From: Cyanophora paradoxa CCMP329
Lineage: Eukaryota > Plantae > Glaucophyta
Reading direction: 5' to 3'
Assembly (NCBI GenBank): GCA_004431415.1
Contig: QPMI01000332.1
Coordinates: forward strand, 11,187-75,186
Length of the DNA: 64,000 nt
Shown one piece after another: positions 36,274-50,203 of this stretch. Each line of letters begins with the position of its first letter. The stretch's first letter is position 1. The notes beneath the pieces are model-generated. The model did not search any database. It was given only the letters and a program-made list of their open reading frames with translations, and was not told the DNA's origin. A program made the translations under genes and the position numbers.

Positions 36274-39200
36274 ATGAAGTCCCGCGCGTCCGCGGACTCT
36301 GACGAGTACGACAGCGGTGCGATGAAGCGCGTCGCGCGCTCATCTTGTGCGCTGACTCGCCGCAGAGTCGGAGAACTGGGGAGGCGGAGCGAACCGAACT
36401 GCCTTGCGGAAGCGGAAGCGCTCATGCGAACATCCCAAGCGCGCTGCCTCCCGTTTAAGCAAGCTCGCCAAAAAAGCGGAGGAGGAGAAGAAGAAGCGGT
36501 AAGCAGCGTCTGACTAGATCCGTGCTGTAGACTGAAAGCAACCCGCAGCCACGCTGCCCGGCTGTGGAATCGGGCAGCTCGCTATTACTTGGAGGCGCGC
36601 GATTACACGCTCGCAGCCTCGACCTGGTGCGGCGATGACGCGTCTGCTCAGTGTCGCAGTCCGAACCCGAACGCGCGCAGGATATTGGGCTGCGATGCGC
36701 TTGTTGCAGAGAGCGAGGTACGCAGAAGGGGCTACACCAAGGCTTGGGGCTGGTTTCGGCTCGCGTTCGACGCTCTCGAACAAGCGTACGCGTCGGAAAA
36801 ATCCGTCTTCCAGGAGAAGCTGCATGCCATGGCTTCCGCGACGGCCTTTCTCTTCGTGCGCGACGTGCGCTGCTCGCTTGGGCGTTCTGACAGCTTGCCT
36901 CTCAGAGCTGGAGCACGGACGTTCGGTGCGCTCTCGCGAGATCCGTCACTTGGTCACCGAGCCAGAGCGCGCGCAGGCACTGGAAGGACTCTGAGATGTC
37001 GACCAACTTGTTCCAAGGCAAGTCGAGGGAGACGGTGCTTCAGCTGCTCGACGCGCAGCTGGAGAAATTGATCACGAAGCGCGAGAAGCTCGTGCGCTCG
37101 TCCGCCTCAGAGGAGTTTGCCGCGCTGGATCGCGCGCACTCAGGTCAAACATCACCCGATTCGAGGCTCCACGAACGGGGAGGAGGAAGATGCGAAGCAG
37201 CGGAAGAAGTTCGCAGAGCTCAACCTCAAGGTGGACAGGGCCGCGCTGCTCCACAACCGCGCCTGTGCGCCGAGCCGCGTCTCGCCTGCGCGGCGTCGCC
37301 TCGACGGCCGTCGGCAGGCAAGGCGGAGAGGGCGCTCCCGCGCGAAGATGACGGGGCGCTGGCGCTCGCGGAGCAGGCGGTGGAACTCGCGAGCCAGGCG
37401 GCGGAGGAAGCGGAGCGGGCGAAGCTCCACGACGTGCACTCCCGGGCCCTCTTCCAGCTGGGCAACTCCCTCCTCCTCGCCCGCCGCTACGAAGAGGCAG
37501 CGCATGCCTTCAAGTGGGCGCTCCCGGCGAGCGGCCCGCTGCCTTGCTGACGCGCGGCCAGGCGCGACAAGGAGATCAGCCATCTCACCACGGACAGAGA
37601 CAACAACAAACAGGTCGCAGATGAAAAGAAGAAGATTGCAGAAAGCGCGCACGATCTGCGCCAGGGCTGGAAGAGTGCAAAGAAGCTTTGGGGGCGAGGC
37701 GAGCGGAGCGCTGAAGACGTTTTCGAGGCCGGCCTCCAGTTTGGGTGCGCCCGCTCTCTGCCCCCCGAGGCGCCTGACCTGATCCGAGCGTCCGCAGTCT
37801 GTTCCTGATTGAAGATCTCGAAGACCACGCGTGCGTCCGAACCGCCCGGTGCGGGCGCCGTGTGCTAAGGGCCCGCGCAGGGAGGCGCGATCCGTGCTGA
37901 ATGAGTGCGTCAAGATCGCCGAAGAGTCCAGCGAGCTGAACGACAGGTTTGCTTCGCTCTGCTTCGCTGACGGCCGTGCCGGCGCGGGGCCGAGGGGCGG
38001 GGCAGCCCGGAGCACGCGCAGGCGGTGGGCGCGCTGGCCCTGTCGATGTACCGCGACGGCCTCTGCTCGGGCAAGGAGGCGTGGGATGCGGCGAACTTCG
38101 CAGGGCTCGCCCGCGCGATTGCCGAGCGCAACGACGACTGGGTCCGCACCCCTGCGCGCCCCGCCCCCTCCTCGCCGCTCACGCCCCGCAGAGCAAGTTC
38201 GGTGCGGGCGGCGCCGCTTCGGGGGGGCGGGCGGGGCGAGAGCGGGGCGGGCTAACGGGGCGGCGGCAGGAATTGCGACGCACACGTACGCTGACTGCCT
38301 GGAGACGGCGATGCAGAAGGGAGGCCTCCCAAAGAGCCGCAAATTCGACTACAGAGAGTGCGCGGGGACCCCGCGGGGGCCCCAGCGCGCCCCGCCGACG
38401 CCGGCGGCGCAGGTACATCCAGCTGATGGAAGAGGCGGCTCACAAGGCGCACAAGAAGGGCGCGAGGCTGCTCAGAGATGGCGACCGCCAGGGCGCCATC
38501 GAAATGTTCGCCGGCGAGGTGCACTCCCCGCGCCCGCCCCCACGACCCTCCCCCACCATCCACCCCCGCAGATCCGCACCCGCAACAACGTTCTGTGCGC
38601 GACCCTGATCCTGGCCTGCGTCGGGCAGCTCACGCTGCGGCAGGTACGGGATGGAGAAGCGGCACGCGAGCAAGGCGGAGCAGGAGGCGGTCAAGAAGCA
38701 GATCAGGGTGCGCGCGCAGGGACGGGCGGCCGGCCGTGCGCCTCACCGGCGTGCCGGCAGGACCTCGCTGACCAGTACGACGAACTCGACGACGGGGGCG
38801 TCGACGGTGCGCGCCGCCTGCCGGGGGCGGCGGGGCGGGGCGCGACGCGAGGGCGGCGCAGCGGAGGAGGAGGAGGAGGCGGAGGAGGAGATCACGGAGG
38901 ACGAGCAGGAGAGGCGCCTGGCGGACCTCGGCGCCCCCCCGCGCGAGCCCGAAGCCCCGCAGGGCCTCTTCCACGCCGCCGTCGCCGCCGCCGGCCGCCT
39001 CGCCCAGGCCTCCAGCAGCAGCTCCCTGGGGCGCCCCCAGGGCCCTCCCCCTGCGCAGCCGCCGCCGAGCGCCCCCGGCCCCCGCGGGCGGTGCGCCTCC
39101 GCGCGAGCCGTCGCGGAGCACGGGAGCTGGCGGGGCGGCTGACGGGCGCGCAGCGGGCGGCTGCAGCGGACGGCGCGGGGCGACGACGACGAGGACGGCG

Positions 39201-40980
39201 CGGAGAGCGACGAGGACGAGGCCCTCCTCACGGCGGCCGTCTTTCCTGCCCGCGCCCCGCCCCAGCGCGCCGGCACCCAGGCGCGCATCTCCCGGCCCTC
39301 GCCGCGCCCCGCGCCCGCGCCTCACAGAGCTTGCAGCGGTGGGACGCGGCGTCCGGGGCGGCGACCTCTAGCCCCAGCGGCGGAGTGCGGCCCGGGCCAC
39401 CGGGGCGCCGCGTCTGCCTGCTCGCTGCGCCCCCGACGCGCATTGCGCAGGCGGGCGGCGCCTCCAGCTCGTCTTCGCCGACGGGGACTGGGACTGGAAG
39501 CGCGTCCCTGGGGGCCCGGAGCAGCGCGGCCGCCCCTAGCCCGGCCCCGACGCAGCCGACGCACGCGCGCGCCGACCAGCGCCGCCCTGAGTCGGTCGTT
39601 CCCGCGCGGCCCTCGACCAACACCGCCGTCCACGCCGTGCACCCGGCCGGTTCGCAGTGTTTCGCTTCCCCCGCCGCGAGAGGGCCCAGACTCGCAGCAG
39701 GCGGCGGCGCAAGCGCGTTGCGAGCCGGCACCGTCGGCATATCCGGAGGGCTCGCCACCGCGTCCGCCCCGGCACGCCAGCCGACGGTTCCCCCTGTGGT
39801 GTCCCCGGCCCCTTCCCCGCCCACATCCGCTGCGGCTGACAGGATTTCCGTTCCCTTCCCGCCCCCGAAGTCGGCTACCCACTGGCACCAACACGCCGCA
39901 CCGCCGCCGCCGCCGCCCACAGCGCGGCCCGCCCCGCTGGCCCCCGCGGCGACCCGGGGCCCCACTGCGGGCCCGACGGGTCTGGAGAAAGCGATGGCGC
40001 GCTTCTCTAACAGCACGTCGGCTCCGGCGCCCAGCGCCAGCGGCTCTCGCCCCTCCAACACGCCCCGCATTGAAACTTTCTTCCGCGCTCCGCCCCGGGC
40101 CCCCGCTTCGGTTCCGCCCCCGCCCCCGGCCCCGGCTCCGGCCCCGGCCCCGGCAAGGGCTCCATGCCCGCCCGGAGCGGCGGCATCGAGCTCGTCAAGC
40201 GCCGCGGGGGCCGGCGGGGCGGTGGCGCCAGCCGGCGAAGACGGCGTGGACGAGGAGGACAAGTGCAAGGCAGCCTCGCCCTTCTCGCCCCGCCGCGCCC
40301 GCCCGCGCCGCTAACGCCGCGCCGCGGTTCCTCTGGGCCAGATCTGCTTCGAACTCCTCGTCGACCCGCACATGTGCCCGGGCTGCAGCCAGAACATCTG
40401 CTCCGGGTACGATCCCCGCCGCCCGTCCGCCAGCCCTGGGCCTGAATTGGGGACCCCGGGGCAGCTGCTGGGCGAGCGTCAAGCAGAAAGCGAACCCGAC
40501 GTGCCCGTTCTGCCGCAAGCAGGGCCAGGGGGCGCTGGTTTCTAACAGGGACCTCGCCCGCCTGTGCCGTCCCATCTCTCGCCCCACGCCTGCGCCGCCT
40601 CCCCTCACGCCCCCGACAGCATTGAAAAGGCATACCCCGCGGCGTACAAGGCCCGCGTCGAGAAGCTGCAGGCGCGGGGGTCGCAGGGGTCGCTCCCGGC
40701 GATGCCCGATTTCATGTGCCGCAAGCACGCCGGAGGGCCACAGTGCATCCTCAGATACATCACCGCGAACCCTTCGGCCTCCATGCATCCGAATCACACG
40801 TACGTCCAATGCCGCCCCTGCAAGAGCGCCGGTGTCAAATTCCACGAGAACTTCCTCTGGTGCCTTCCCGGCCCCTGGCGCCGCGCCGCGAGCGGCAGCT
40901 GACGGGACTCGCCCGCCAGCATCACCTGCCTCCAGCACGGCAAGGGCGAAGTCCCCAAGAACTACCTCCTCATCACCTAG
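36274..40980 (+). CDS. TPR-like helical protein with disordered linker, C-terminal RING finger and further Cys/His motif
   Basis: RALFQLGNSLLLARRYEEAAHAFK (TPR). CK|ICFELLVDPHMCPGCSQNICS|.CW...CPFCR (RING-like). CRKH...YVQCRPC...FLWC. Confidence 0.6.
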
Positions 40981-41110
40981 CGCCCCAGACCCCCCACTCT
41001 GCTCTCTCCGCTTTCTTTGCGAACCAGAACCAGCTCTCTGCCATTTCCCCATTGCGAGGCGCCTCGAGGGCGCACGGTTGGGCGAAGGTCTGCGGCAGGG
41101 GGCGCTGCGG

Positions 41111-43615
41111 TCACTTCTTCTGGCGGGAGAGGAGGCGGACGGGGCGGAGGTGGCGGGGGCTGAGGAGGCCCGCCGCCCCGCGGTCCGCGAAGAGGGAGGG
41201 GTCCGAGGCCGGCGCGAGGCCCGTCACGCCCCGCAGGTCCTGCACCGCCCCCCGCGCCAGCCCGCCCCCCTGCCCCTCGCTCTGCGCCCGCCGGTGCCCG
41301 GGGCCGCGCTGTGCCCCCCCGGGGGGCGGGGCGGCCTCGGGGGGCCCCCCGCGGTCGCGCCCTGCGCGGCCTCCTCGAGGTGGTAGGAGGAGGCCTGCCG
41401 CAGGAGCCGCTCGCCGCCGAACTCGACGGCGCGGCCCTCGCTCGCCGCCCGCGTCGCCTCCCGCGGCAGGAACGGCGCCTCGCCGGCGGCCCCGATGCGC
41501 AGCGCCGCCGCCCGCAGCACGCGCTCCTCCGCCCCGATCTTGTCCCCCAGCGCCAGCTGCGCCGGCCGTGAGGCCGGCCCGGGCGGGCGGGGGCCGCGGG
41601 CGGGCGGGGCGGACGCGGTAGAGCTGCTCGAGGTTCGACTCGGGGCGCCGCGGCCCATGAGGAAGCGGGACGGGTCGAGCACCGCCCCGCCCGGCCCGGA
41701 CGCCGCCTGCGGCGCCCGCGGCGGCAGCGGCGCCCACTCCGGCCGCGCCTCCTCCCGCGGGGTGGCGACGGGAGCGGGGGCTCGGGGCCGGGGCCGGGAC
41801 GGCGGCGAGGGGGCTCGGGGTAGGCTGCGGGGCGAGGGGCCCCGGCGGGTCCCGGCAGGTCGAGGGCGAGCAGCGCCCGCCGCGGCCGCTGCCGCGCCGA
41901 CATCGACCCGCCCCCGGCCCCGCCCTGCTCCGCCTCCTGCACCAGCGGCGCCGCCGGCGGCGGGCGCGGCAGCGGCGGCATCTCGGGCCCGCGCTGCGCC
42001 CGGCGCGGCGCCCCTGCTGCTGCGCGCGTCAGCCGGCGGGCGGGGCGGGCGGGACGGGGTGGGTTGGCGGGCCTGGACGGTGCGGGGGAGGGCGCAGGGC
42101 TGCCCGAGGAGAGGGTCGAGGGGTGGAGGAAGGGGCGATGGCGGCGAGGTCGCGCCGCAGCGAGTGCCCGCGCGCCTCCCGCACCGCCGCCCGCGCCGCC
42201 CGCAGCCGCTCCAGCGCCTCCCGCGCCTCTTCGGCTCGCGCGATGTGCCGCAGGAAGTCGGCGGCGGAGAACTGCCGGCGGGGCGCCCCTCAGCGGCGGC
42301 TCGACGGGGGCGGGGGGACGGGGCACGTGGAGCGTCGTGAGGGCCGTCGTGGCGACGTAGCGCTCCCCGTAGGGCGCCTCCGCCGCCGCCTCCAGCCCTG
42401 CCCCGCCCTGTCGGCCGCGCCGGGGGCGGAGCGGGGTGCGGGGGCGCGCGCCGCCGATGCAGGCGCCGGGGCCGACGCTCGTGATGGGGACCTCCTTGAG
42501 GCGCAGGCTGGCCTCCCCGGCCCCCTCCTTGAAGCTCACCACCTCGTGCACCTGCCGCCCCGCTCGCCCCGCCCCGCCCCGCCCGGCGGGGGGGGGCGCC
42601 CCGCGCGCCTCGCACTCGCCGGAGACGACGAAGTGCACGCGCTCCGCCGCCTCGCCCGGCCGCGCGATCACTGCTCCTGCCTCAGCGCCGGCGGGGGCGG
42701 GGAGGGGGCGGGGGGCGGGCCGGCGTGGCGGGCGAAGGCCTGGGAGCGGGCGAGCTTGGCGAGGGTGGCCAGGAGGCCGTCGTCGTGGCCGCGGAGCAGC
42801 GGCAGGGCGCGCAGGAAGTCCTCCCGCCCCGCCTCGATCCGCGCCAGCGGCCTTCCAGCAGCTCCGAGTAGACCCTGCCGCCCCGCGCCCCTCGCCCCGC
42901 GCCCCGCGCCCCGCGCCCCGCGCCCGCGCCCCGCGCCCCGGGGCGGGGGGCACCCGCGGGGGATCTTGATGAGGAGGGAGGGCCGGTCGCAGCGGGCGGT
43001 GGTGTTGCGGGCGCGGGCGAAGCTGAGGGCGAGCTGCCCGAAGCTCTCCCCCGGCAGCAGCGTCGCGATGAGGTTCCCCGGGTTCTCCCGCAGCAGCTGG
43101 CCCCGCCCCCGCCCCTCGGCCGCCGCACGCGGGCCCGGGGCGGGGCGGGGCGGGGCCACCTTGGCTGCGGCGTCGCGGGGGACCTCGGCGAGGTCCGCCT
43201 CTCTTCGATGGATGTGCACGAGCCCGAGCACCAGCACGTACAGGTGCGACGCCGACGCCCCCTGCAGAAACACTGCCACCCGCCGCGTCGGCGCCCCGCC
43301 CCTCCCTCGGCGCCGGCGCCGGCGCCGACTCTGCGGTCTCACCGAAATCGCCCGTCCCGAGGCGGAGCTTGATGGAGCGCGCGAGGAGGGTCGAGACGGC
43401 CGCCTCGTCGAGGTCCAGCCCCTTGCGGGAGAGCCAGAACTCGAGCGAGCTCCGCCAGATCGGGTCGTCATTTCCAAGTGCGTCCACGCTGCCGCAGTGC
43501 GGAAGCCGCGCTCAGCGAGATGCAGCGCGGCGGCGGCGCGGCGGCGGCATGTGATGCCGGCCCACGCCGGGCGTCGCCGGTTGCAGAGCGCGGAGAACTC
43601 ACTCGATTGTCGCAT
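41111..43615 (-). CDS. Protein with two cyclic-nucleotide-binding domains
   Basis: VFLQGASASHLYVLVLG...LPGESFGQLAL...RNTTA and VIARPGEAAERVHFVVSGEC...VGPGACIG. Confidence 0.75.
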
Positions 43616-44124
43616 GTAACCTCGAGCTCCCGTTCATGGGCTAGGCAGTGCGGCGCCCGCGGCGTCCACAAGCGCCACAAATTCAAGGGCCCAGCCTGCC
43701 GCCCCCAAGGGCCAGGCTGCAGAGCCAGCGAGACACGCGCGCTACCGCCTCTCAAATCCTCAGCTCGAAGAAGTTGGAGCTGGGGCCGGCGCTCTGGAGC
43801 GATTACGATTACGATTGGGGCGTCCTTGATCTAGATCTGAAAACGATTCCAACGTTAACTTGGTCTAGTACCTGCGTTTTAGTACGTGTCTGAGGCGAGT
43901 TTTCTGCGCGCAACGCGCTCCGAGTCGGCGCGCAACGGCGAGATGTGCTTCGCCGAGTGAACCTCTACCCCTCTTCGCCGCCGATCGTAAAAGGTTCGCC
44001 AGACCACCGGCCGCGCTCGTGCAGGCACGCTCGTTGCGGCGAAGATGAATGTTTCGGAATAAGCCCTCCCGAGTCCCGACTGAGCACGCAAGCGGCCCGC
44101 CGATTGATCTCACACGCCCTGCAG

Positions 44125-46618
<2,494 letters not shown>

Positions 46619-46796
46619 TAAACAGCCAGCGGCGCCAACGCCACTATACAAGCAGGCGGCCGCCGCGCCCGGTTGGCTGCTGCTAGGGGGGCCGGAGATG
46701 CGCAGGGAGCCCCGGCCGGGCAGCCGGGGTCCGCGCATGTCGTCCAAGCGAGCGAGGGGCCCCCGACGCCGCTCGCCGAGCCGCGCGCCGCGCTCC

Positions 46797-49183
46797 TCAT
46801 GCGTTCACTGTCGGGCGGTCAGGCGGGGCGGGGCAGCGGCGGGGCGGCGGGGGCGCACTGTAGGAGGAGACGTCGATCTGCTCGGGGAGCTCCGAGACGC
46901 GGACCTCGAAGCGGGCCTGGACCTGGTTGAGGATCTCGCTGTCCTCCTTCGAGGAGACGAACGTGATCGCCAGGCCCTTGGTGCCGAAGCGCCCCGCACG
47001 GCCCACCTGCCGGCGCCGGCGCCGTCGGCGGGGCGCGGCCGGGGCGTGGGCGGGCGGGCGGGCAGGGCGGACGCGGTGGAGGTAGGTGTCGGTGGAGTCG
47101 GGCATGTCGTAGTTGACGACAATGTTCACGCGCTGCCGCTGCGTTGGCGACGCCGAGACGGGAGAGGCGGGCGGGGTGGCGGACCTCGATGTCGATACCG
47201 CGCCCGAAGATGTCGGTCGCCACGAGGATGCGCTTGTCGAACTTCTTGAACGACTCGTACCGCTTGATGCTGCCCCGGCGCCAGTCAGCGGCGGCCCCGG
47301 CCCCGGCGCCGGCGGGCGAGAGGCTGACTCACCGCTCCTCCTGCTGGAGACCGGAGTGGATGCAGATCGAGGGGAAGTTGCACTCGACGAGGAGCTTGTT
47401 GAGCTCGTTCGCCCGCGAGACGCTCTTGACGAAGATGACGACCTGGGGCGGGGCTCGCCGGGGCCGGGCCGGCGAGGAAGCGGGGAGCGCTCGCCTGGTT
47501 GAACTCGAGGGCGTCAAGGAGGTCGTTGAGCTTGCGGTTCTTCTCGTTCTCCTGCAGCTGGATGTAGTACTGCTGGAGCCCGTGAAGCGTGAGCTTCGCC
47601 TCGTCGTCGACGTACACCTCCATGGGCTGTCGGGAGAGGCGACACGGTTACGAATCGCCGCCGATCCACAAGCGAGAGGGGAAGCCGCCGCCACCGCCGC
47701 CGCAGTCGCCGCCCGCCGCTAGACTCCCCACAGGCACGCGCACGCAAAAGAAAGATGGAGAGAGAGAGGAGGGGGCGGGAAGGACACATGATACTCGGAA
47801 CCACGCAGGAGGCGCACGTCGGCGGACGGCCAAAGCCGGAGCAACCGGCGGGCCGGTACTGCTGCTGCCGCCGACGCCGGGGACCGCCAAGGGTGCCGCC
47901 GGGGAGGTGGGAAGGAGCAAGAGGGTGATTGCGGAGGGGAGCGGATGGAGAGGGAAGCAGCGGGAAGGAGAGAGAAAGAGAGGAGAGGGGGCGGAGGACG
48001 GAGGCGGTGGTAGACCGGACGGGGAGGCGGCTAGATTCCATCCATTTAAATAACAGCAGACGGGATCGTCGCTGAGAGGCCCAGACGTATATGCTTCGGC
48101 TTGCAGCCGAACCCCCGAGGCGGCGGCGGCGGCGGAGGCGAGATCAAAATGGGTCGTACATCTTGCATGAACTTCTTGCAGACGGGCCGGATTTCCTTGC
48201 TGAGCGTTGCCGAGAACATCATCACCTGCTTGTCGTGGGGGGTCATCTTGAAGATGTCCTGGACGTCCTTGCGCATGTCTGCGCAGAAAGCGTGAGACGC
48301 CAGGCCTTTCACGCTGTGGGAAATGAAAGAGCGAACCGAGAGACTCGAGCATCTTGTCACACTCGTCGAGGATGAAGTGCTTGACCTTGGCCAGCTTGAG
48401 GGACTTCTCGCGGCCGAGAGCCAGGATACGGCCGGGCGTGCCGACGATGATGTGCGGGCATGTGCTCTCGTTCTTGAGAATGTTCTGGTGCGCCGAGATG
48501 CTGACACCGCCATAGAAGACGGTCGTGCGGATGCCCTCCAGGTACTTGCTGAACCGCTCGTACTCGTGGCAGATCTGATACGCCAGCTCGCGAGTGTGGC
48601 AGAGCACCAGCACGCTGCACGGCGCCGGGTTCGTGTCGAGCTGCTGCAGGGTGGCGAGCACGAAGACTGCTGTCTTGCCCATGCCCGACTTCGCCTGGCA
48701 GATCACGTCCATCCCGAGAATCGCCTGAGGAATACATTCGTGCTGCACTGTTGGCCGGAAGTGGAGGAAAACCCGTCAGCGTCGCGCGGGCAGGAATGGC
48801 CCGACTCCCGCGGAAAGTGCGAACCTTCGGACGGGTGCTCGAAGCCGCAGTCCTGAATGGCCTTCAGAAGCTCGGGCTTGAGGAGGAAGTCGCGGAAACC
48901 GGAGCTGTGGATGGCGGCGTAGTGGCCCCTGGGGGAATCGCGATGTGTGAGCGAAAATGCGCATGTGAACGGCGGGCGAAAACGGCCGCGCGGACGCGGA
49001 GACTATCGTGCGAAATGCTCCGCTATGCCTCTAGTATCGAAAACACTCGGCGGGGAGCCTCTGGACGCACTTCTTGACCTCCTTGCCATCGGCGGCCTTG
49101 TCGCCCGCGCCAGCCTGCTCCTCCTCCTCCTCGTAGTCGACCAGATCCTCCTCGAACTCGCCCTCGGGCTTCTGCTCTGCCAT
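46797..49183 (-). CDS. UAP56: DECD-box RNA helicase UAP56/Sub2
   Basis: [42 protein letters not shown]|VGRAGRFG. Confidence 0.98.
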
Positions 49184-49445
49184 TGTTGCTGGGGACTTCT
49201 GCTCGCACACTGTACCCTTCCCAAGCTTCGTCCCCCTTCTGGCGACGCGGGCGCCTCTGCGCCGCTCAATCTTCGGCCCCGATGCTCTCTCGCGCGCGGC
49301 TCTTGGCGACGCGGGCGCCCCTGCGCCGCTCAATCTTCGGCCCTGGAACGCAGGCGAGCCGCGGCCCGCTTTTCTGCCCGCTCCCGTTTGCCGAATTCAC
49401 GCGCCTCAGCAGGTCGACGACATCCACCGCCCTCTCAAGTCCGAG

Positions 49446-49974
49446 ATGCGGGGGAAAGGTGCGCTTTGGCGCGGCGTACGTGCTCGCGCGCTTTTCGCGG
49501 CGTACGTGCGGCGTGCGCTGGCGTGCTTACTGCAGCGCTTTGCGTTCGCAAGATCGCTGAATCCGCCTGAGAGCCTTTGATCATCTGAGACCTGTATTCG
49601 CCTGTTTTGCAGGCGAAGAGGGAAATGCGGAGCCCAATCCCACCGGCCCCGCTGAGCAGTCTATGGGCGACGGCGAGTCCGATATGACAAACTGGTGCGC
49701 CCCTTCAGCTGCAGCGTGACGACGAGGTTCGCGCATATGACAGATCGAAGGTTCGCGCGAGACCACGGAATCCATGTCCAGGAGGAGGTGCAGAAGCGCC
49801 AGGCTCAGGAGGCTGCCCGGAAGAGCGGTATCCTGGAGCCCTCCGGCGAGAGCTCAATTCCCCACACCGAGCGCCGGTCCCACGCCGTGCGCCGCCCTGC
49901 GCGGCTTCCGAAGTTCCCTAGAGTCTTCGCGCGTAAGAAGTTCCCTAGAGTCTTCGCGCGCGCGTAGCACTAAG
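49446..49974 (+). CDS. Possible small spliced hypothetical protein
   Basis: Exon-like segments bounded by GT/GC..AG (DRRFARDHGIHVQEEVQKRQAQEAARK). The model is unresolved. Confidence 0.3.
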
Positions 49975-50203
49975 TCGAGGACCGGCGCAGCTCCCGCACG
50001 ACCCGACCAAGCGCGCGTGAGCCTCGGAGCGCTGCATGTAAATGAAGAGATATCGATATCGACGTCCAGCTGTTATGCTTTCCGAGTTCGGCTCGCGTAG
50101 TGTGTGAGGATAGCCGGGTTTGCTTGCAAATTGCTAGCTGTACAGAAGCGTGGAGATCTGAGAGGGGGTGGCGGGGGGCGTGCGGGGGAAGGCGGCGCGG
50201 GGC

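Noticed and set aside
17745-43615. Functional flagellar gene cluster (DNAAF8-like, CatSper-like, cNMP-binding)
   Set aside because: These genes are interspersed with unrelated housekeeping genes, so chance proximity is sufficient.
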